In this document: one piece after another, positions 59,228-64,000 of the stretch
Layout: each line of letters starts with the position of its first letter
Numbering within the stretch: position 1 is the stretch's first letter
Origin: an uncultured bacterium
GTDB taxonomy: Bacteria; Eisenbacteria; RBG-16-71-46; CAIMUX01; WJJG01
Length of the DNA stretch: 64,000 nucleotides
Assembly (NCBI GenBank): GCA_964603725.1
Contig: CAZRWW010000010.1
Location: 34,935-98,934, forward strand
Reading direction: 5' to 3'
Translations under genes and position numbers: made by a program
Notes under the pieces: generated by a model
The model's database searches: none
The model's input: the letters and a program-made list of their open reading frames with translations, nothing else
What the model was told of the DNA's origin: nothing

Positions 59228-61201
59228 ATGCATGTCGTGACAGAGATCAAGATTGGCGGCGCCTCGTTGCCATTCAATGTCAGGAGCATCCGCTGGCTCC
59301 AGTCGCTCTACGACTACGACCGATTCACGATCACGTTGGCAGACCCCAATCTGGTGGACGGTTCGGGTCCTGTAGCTGACATCACTCAACGCCTGGCCGC
59401 GCAACTCGGTCAGCCGGTCATCGTTGATCTGCAGTCAGGCGGTGAGGAGTGGCGCGAGCACCTGGCGGGATTCGTCACGGGGGTTCGCGGGCGGTACGTC
59501 CAGCGAGGGGTGGAGGTCGTGTTGGAGGGAGCTGGGGCCGCGCACACGCTGGACAAGGCCGTTCACACGCGGGTCTTTCAGCAGTTGACCTGGAAGGAGA
59601 TTGTCGAGCAGATTCTCGCGCCCGCTTCTAGCCAACTGAAGGGCTCTACTGTGAAGCTGGGGCCCTTCGAATCCGTCAAGGTCCCTTTCTGCTGCCAGTA
59701 TCAGGAGACGGACTTTGCTTTCCTACGGCGTGTGTGCGGCCGGCTCGGGCTCGTGCTGTGTGCTGGCGGGAATGGTCTCGTGCTGGTGCCGGCCAAAGAC
59801 TTCAAGGGCATTCCCGGGTGTGATGTCCGGAGGGAGCTCATTCCCGGGGCCAACTGCCGCTACGTGGAATCGCGTGTCCAGGCGGTTCCGGCAATGACAG
59901 AAACGGCAGGCTACCAACACTACGGCGAGCGCGGTCTCCAGGATGGCAACTACGGCGATGAAGAGACGCGCACGTGGTCGTCGACTCCCGAAGCTGCCGG
60001 CGGTGGGCTGACCGCCACGGGCCTGGATTCTGGCCGCACGCTGTATACGTCTCCGGGGTCGGTCCATGAGAGCGGCGTGCACTGGTCCCAGGAGGAGTTC
60101 GACAACCGAGTTGCCCGGTGGGGGATGCACGCTGCAGGTGCGGTCGTGCGTTTCGAAGGAAGGACCTGGGTCCCCGACCTCAGGCTGGGACATCAGGCAG
60201 TGGTGAAGCCGGAGAGCGCCCTGGCTGTCGACTGGGTCAGCAGTGAGAGCATCCTGGTGACCTCTGTGGAGCACACGATCGAAGCTGGCGACTACACCAA
60301 CCTGTTTGTAGGCTGTTCGGTGCCAGCCCCACCGCTGCTGAACCCGAATGACTTTCCGCCGCGGCAGCGCTTCGTAACCTTGCCGGCCCGGGTCGTGCAG
60401 AGTGATGATCCGAGCCGAGTGGGGCGCGTGCGGGTGCAGCCGCTCGTGCTGGAGAGCAGCTGGCTTCCCGAGACGATCCACGTCCGTGTGGCAGCCCGAT
60501 CGGCCGGGCCCGATCATGGCGAGTTGATGCTTCCGGAAGTGGGAGACGAGGTTCTACTGGCGTTTCATCCGGACGCTTGCGAGGAGCCGTACGTCACGGC
60601 CATCTTCTACAATGGCACGCACAAGACGCTTCCGGACAAGCTTCCGGCGCACACCGAGCTGGAGCAAGCGCAAGTCGATAAGAACGACCTCAAGTGGGTA
60701 CTGACTCGCGGCGGAAACGCACTCATCTTCGATGATACCCAGGGCAAAGAACGTCTCCTGGCAGTGACCAAAACCGGATCCTTGGAGCTCAGCGAAGTCG
60801 CCGCCGGTCCGCACATGGCGCTGACGGTGCGGGATGGCAGCGAACCGATGTGCATTCTCACGTTCGACAAGAAGGGCCAAGTCACGTTGAAGGCCACCAA
60901 TGTGCTCTTCGACATCAAGGAGTCGATGGAGATCAAAACGGGCGAGCACTTCACGCTGGATGCGAAGGGGAAGATCACCCTCAAGGCGGGTGAAGACTAT
61001 GATCTGAAGGCCCAGGGCAAGGTCCAGACGAAATCGGGAACTGACACGATGCTCGACGCGGGGACCAAGGCCACGGTCAAGTCCGGAACGGACACCAGTG
61101 TCCAGGCGGGGATGAACCTGAAGCTCCAGGGGGCTGCTCAGGGTGAGCTCAAATCCGGAGCCATCATGACGATCAAGTCTGGCCTAGTGAAGATCAACTG
61201 A
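59228..61201 (+). CDS. vgrG: VgrG (TssI) spike protein: gp27-like hub, gp5 OB-fold and a C-terminal beta-helix
   Basis: gp5-OB/Phage_base_V-like segment ..HVRVAARSAGPDHGELMLPEVGDEVLLAFHPDACEEPYVTAIFYN... C-terminal repetitive K/T/G-rich beta-helix (..LKAGEDYDLKAQGKVQTKSGTDTMLDAGTKATVKSGTD..). Confidence 0.85.
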   Translation: MHVVTEIKIGGASLPFNVRSIRWLQSLYDYDRFTITLADPNLVDGSGPVADITQRLAAQLGQPVIVDLQSGGEEWREHLAGFVTGVRGRYVQRGVEVVLEGAGAAHTLDKAVHTRVFQQLTWKEIVEQILAPASSQLKGSTVKLGPFESVKVPFCCQYQETDFAFLRRVCGRLGLVLCAGGNGLVLVPAKDFKGIPGCDVRRELIPGANCRYVESRVQAVPAMTETAGYQHYGERGLQDGNYGDEETRTWSSTPEAAGGGLTATGLDSGRTLYTSPGSVHESGVHWSQEEFDNRVARWGMHAAGAVVRFEGRTWVPDLRLGHQAVVKPESALAVDWVSSESILVTSVEHTIEAGDYTNLFVGCSVPAPPLLNPNDFPPRQRFVTLPARVVQSDDPSRVGRVRVQPLVLESSWLPETIHVRVAARSAGPDHGELMLPEVGDEVLLAFHPDACEEPYVTAIFYNGTHKTLPDKLPAHTELEQAQVDKNDLKWVLTRGGNALIFDDTQGKERLLAVTKTGSLELSEVAAGPHMALTVRDGSEPMCILTFDKKGQVTLKATNVLFDIKESMEIKTGEHFTLDAKGKITLKAGEDYDLKAQGKVQTKSGTDTMLDAGTKATVKSGTDTSVQAGMNLKLQGAAQGELKSGAIMTIKSGLVKIN

Positions 61202-61203
61202 GC

Positions 61204-61593
61204 ATGGGTGGCACCATGAGCAGAGTGGATGCGAGGTCTGGGCCGGGACGCATCATTGCGCTGCCCGTGCGGATGCGCGATGGGAGATTCCAGGTGCAAG
61301 AGGCGGCGGATGCGCTCGCGCGCTTCGCCCGCTGTTTCTTTAGCGAGTACCAGGGGGCAGTGCCTGATGACCCCGCGTTCGGAGGACGCGGGATTCCGTG
61401 GGGGACGAAGGCCGCTCCCTTGCTGCCCCTGGAACCGGTGATTCAGGAATTCAGGAACCGCTACGGAGCGGACTTCGCGATCACTGTGTTGTTGGAGGAG
61501 CGGCCTCATGGTTCAGGTGGGCGACAACGGATACGTGTGATCCGCATCACCTTGAGGGCTTTCCCTGAGCTCAAGATCGAGATAGAAATCTGA
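61204..61593 (+). CDS. gp25/TssE-like baseplate wedge protein (tentative)
   Basis: 129 aa, located directly between vgrG and tssF as in many T6SS and contractile-injection-system loci. The call rests on size and context only. Confidence 0.4.
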   Translation: MGGTMSRVDARSGPGRIIALPVRMRDGRFQVQEAADALARFARCFFSEYQGAVPDDPAFGGRGIPWGTKAAPLLPLEPVIQEFRNRYGADFAITVLLEERPHGSGGRQRIRVIRITLRAFPELKIEIEI

Positions 61594-63368
61594 TGTCTGT
61601 CAGCCAACGGCCAGTACCCAGTCGAGCCGATGTTGCCGCAGTGTACGCGCGGCTGAAGAGCGAGGCCGTGCGCTGCGGCCTGCTAGGACCAGCGGGTCGC
61701 CCCGATCCAATCCTGGAGACGCTGCTGCAGGGTTTCGCCCGCGAGATCGCTGCCCTGCAGCTCGAACTCGAAAGGTCGCTCGACGACAACCGGCGCAACC
61801 TGCTCGCGCATTTCCTGGGGCTTGGCTACCGGCGTCAGCCTGCGCAGGCTCTGGTGGCGTTCTGCATGGATCGCCCCCAGGGTGTGGACTGCCTGCTCAA
61901 ACTCGCGGGCACGCCGGCTGCCGAGGGGCGATCCGACAAGATCCGCCTCTCCATTCCGGGGTCATTCCGGCTACCGGCGCTCAAGCTGTCGGCGGCGGCC
62001 TACACGGGTCCGGGAGGTTTGGTTCTGTGGGAGTCGGACGCCAAGCAGTCTGTCAGAACGGTGGATGCACCGCGAGCGTGCGGAGCATTCGGCGAACCGG
62101 GTCCCCCGACGATTCACCTTGGGCTGGCCGGGACACCGCCGGGCGCCGGGGAGATCTTGTCGATCGCCGTAGTACCTCCGGAGGAGACCACGTCGATCCT
62201 CGCTCGCGACGGCGCCGAACTGGTCTCATATCGCCGCTGGCTGATGCGCGGCCGTTTCCTGTCAGGGGCGGGCCCTCTGGGGCCACCAAGGCGGCCTGAT
62301 GAGGTCACGCGGCAAACATCGGTTCGTGATGCCGTCAGCAGCCAGCTCCCCACAAAAGGAGCGGCCATGCGGCTGGCCCTCGAGCGCCACATCTACGGCG
62401 AGCTCCTGTTCATTTGGGAGGGCCCGCTCGTAGAGTCCTTGGCGGTCGGAGAACCGCCGGAGACGCTGAGACGCGCCGCGGCTGATCTGGCGCCCGATGA
62501 TCTCGAAGAGTGGGGGGGCGAACTGCGTTGGCTTTCGATCGAGTTGCCGAACCTGCCCCGGGGTGACCCCCTGCGCCTCTTCAAAACGCTCGCGGTCAAC
62601 GCGTTGCCCGTGATCGCCTACCGCGAGCTGCGCCCCGATCGCAACAACATCAGCTACGATGAAATCGTCGCGCAGACCGGTGTGGTGTCCTACCCCTTGT
62701 CCAATGAGCTGCACCAGGCGCTCCAGCGAGATGACTGGGTCGTTGACCGGGTTGAATGCTCCGGGGAGGAATTCCCTCACGTTCAGGAACACCCCGATCC
62801 TGAGAAGGGATGGTACGCCTTGGTTTCAGATTCGCGCAGTTCAACGATCTATTTCCATGTGCCGGAAGACAGACCGGTACACATGGGGACGTTGGATCTC
62901 TACATTGGACAGCTTGTAGGAGAAGAAGGCAATGGGGCGCTGATCGAACCCAACCCGTACAATCGAGCCAGCTACTCCGGCCTCCGCAGTGTGACTGCTG
63001 TCACTGAGACCGTGGGGGGCACTGGCGAGTACGAGGGTGACCACGAGCTGCCCTGGGAAGCGGTAGGGTCTTTTCTGCGGACGCGGGACCGCCTCATCAC
63101 GCGTTGGGACTATGACGGGTTCATCCGGAGATTCGACCCGCGCATTGCGGCCTGCAGCTTCCGGAATGTGGCCCTACAACGCGAAGACGCCTTCTTGCCC
63201 GGTGTCGCCATAACTGTCCACTTCGATCAGGAGCTCAACGTGCCGCGGGCGGATTGCCAAGTGGCCATCGCTCTGCTGGCACGGGAACTCGAACGCCGGG
63301 CAGCTCTGGGTACGCAATTGGAGGTGAGATTGGGAGAGCCGCGGGCTCGGATGGCGGAGGCGCTGTGA
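61593..63368 (+). CDS. tssF: T6SS baseplate subunit TssF
   Basis: 591 aa. N-terminal DPILETLLQGFAREIAALQLELERSLDDNRRNLLAHFLGLGYRRQPAQA matches the conserved TssF N-terminal segment (DP.VERLLEGFAFL.ARI..KLDDEFPE.T..LL..LYPHYLRPIPS). Confidence 0.75.
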   Translation: MSVSQRPVPSRADVAAVYARLKSEAVRCGLLGPAGRPDPILETLLQGFAREIAALQLELERSLDDNRRNLLAHFLGLGYRRQPAQALVAFCMDRPQGVDCLLKLAGTPAAEGRSDKIRLSIPGSFRLPALKLSAAAYTGPGGLVLWESDAKQSVRTVDAPRACGAFGEPGPPTIHLGLAGTPPGAGEILSIAVVPPEETTSILARDGAELVSYRRWLMRGRFLSGAGPLGPPRRPDEVTRQTSVRDAVSSQLPTKGAAMRLALERHIYGELLFIWEGPLVESLAVGEPPETLRRAAADLAPDDLEEWGGELRWLSIELPNLPRGDPLRLFKTLAVNALPVIAYRELRPDRNNISYDEIVAQTGVVSYPLSNELHQALQRDDWVVDRVECSGEEFPHVQEHPDPEKGWYALVSDSRSSTIYFHVPEDRPVHMGTLDLYIGQLVGEEGNGALIEPNPYNRASYSGLRSVTAVTETVGGTGEYEGDHELPWEAVGSFLRTRDRLITRWDYDGFIRRFDPRIAACSFRNVALQREDAFLPGVAITVHFDQELNVPRADCQVAIALLARELERRAALGTQLEVRLGEPRARMAEAL

Positions 63369-64000
63369 TTTCCGCAGAGGCCAGCAGTGCCCCGCGGGGC
63401 AGGCCTGTAGCTGCAGCAACGGGACGTGTTCCCGAAGTGCGCTTCCGACGAAAGCACTGGCTTAGCTTCACCTGCGAGGAGGCGATCACTCTGGCGCTCG
63501 ATGCGATCGGCCGTGGCGAAGAGGGCCTGGAGCAGATCCGCGTGTTCATGGAGGGCTCCCATCGAGCACCGCTGCCGGACTTCTCGGAGAAGACGGGAAG
63601 CATTGTTCCTTCCTCCCGCACCAGCATCACACTTGGGCAGCAGATTGAGCTCCACGTGCGACGCGCGGGTCTTTTCGAACGCTTCCCGAGCGTGCTCTTC
63701 TCCGATTCGGCGGCCTACGTCAATGCCAGGGGTGATGCGGCGTCGGTTCAGCACGTGGACCAGAGCGAAGAAGAGGCCCGCCGCTATCTTCAGCCTTTCG
63801 ATCGCGAGTCGATGTTCGTACGGGCGCGCAACCGTTTCTGGACCAGCATGATCGCTGGAGCGCGGCCCGGTGAGCTCTACCGCGACTTCGTGTGGAGGCT
63901 CTTTGGGCTTCCGGAGGCATGCCGGGCGCTTGTCCGCCAGATGCTACCGGAACGCGATCAAACCGTCCTCACGTTCCTCCTGCCGCATCTGGGTCAGATT
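63365..64000 (+). CDS. tssG: TssG-like baseplate subunit; partial, continues beyond the window
   Basis: The frame is open from the GTG at 63365 (GTGA overlap with the tssF stop) to the window end. Its position immediately after tssF is the conserved tssF-tssG order. No signature motif was verified by eye. Confidence 0.45.
   Translation, partial: MISAEASSAPRGRPVAAATGRVPEVRFRRKHWLSFTCEEAITLALDAIGRGEEGLEQIRVFMEGSHRAPLPDFSEKTGSIVPSSRTSITLGQQIELHVRRAGLFERFPSVLFSDSAAYVNARGDAASVQHVDQSEEEARRYLQPFDRESMFVRARNRFWTSMIAGARPGELYRDFVWRLFGLPEACRALVRQMLPERDQTVLTFLLPHLGQI

Overview
This is a high-GC (about 70%) bacterial window with two compositional blocks. Three proteins carry a FlgD-Ig/T9SS-like C-terminal sorting domain, so the source is probably an FCB-superphylum bacterium such as a Gemmatimonadota-like lineage; that placement is inference.

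Block 1, about 1 to 33 kb, looks like native chromosome:
- A minus-strand operon encodes a radical-SAM/SPASM enzyme, a GT-C (ArnT/PMT-like) membrane glycosyltransferase, two thioredoxin-fold proteins and a DUF362 protein with two [4Fe-4S] motifs. Each thioredoxin-fold protein has an in-frame TGA exactly at the first Cys of its CxxC motif (UGSC and UHAC), so both are candidate selenoproteins.
- A MacAB-like efflux module (HlyD adaptor, ABC ATPase, two FtsX permeases) is followed by a sigma54-type two-component pair.
- A 3112-aa multi-repeat surface adhesin and an FG-GAP propeller protein follow, both ending in the FlgD-Ig-like sorting domain.
- A SARP/STAND regulator sits downstream of a membrane-anchored ClpB-like double-AAA+ protein. 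That protein is fused to a complete class-I release-factor-like module whose GGQ motif reads GGK. I consider this the most unusual gene in the window.

Block 2, about 33 to 64 kb, has lower GC (about 50 to 60%), is flanked by IS debris, and is a type VI secretion island:
- The structural genes are ClpV/TssH, TssB, TssC plus a diverged TssC paralog, two Hcp-like tube proteins, VgrG, a gp25/TssE-like protein, TssF and a partial TssG.
- Two divergently transcribed PAAR effector operons lie upstream. Their cargo includes a 1338-aa HExxH metalloprotease-like protein with an OmpA-like N-terminus, a Zn-dependent phospholipase-C-like protein, DUF1795/Eag chaperones, candidate immunity proteins, a recurring uncharacterised PAAR-C-terminal domain family, and a decayed orphan effector cassette.
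- An IS630 element is nested in an IS1380/IS4-like remnant, and its RBS is sequestered in a hairpin.

Many long overlapping ORFs in the six-frame track are antisense or alternate-frame artefacts of high-GC DNA and were rejected.
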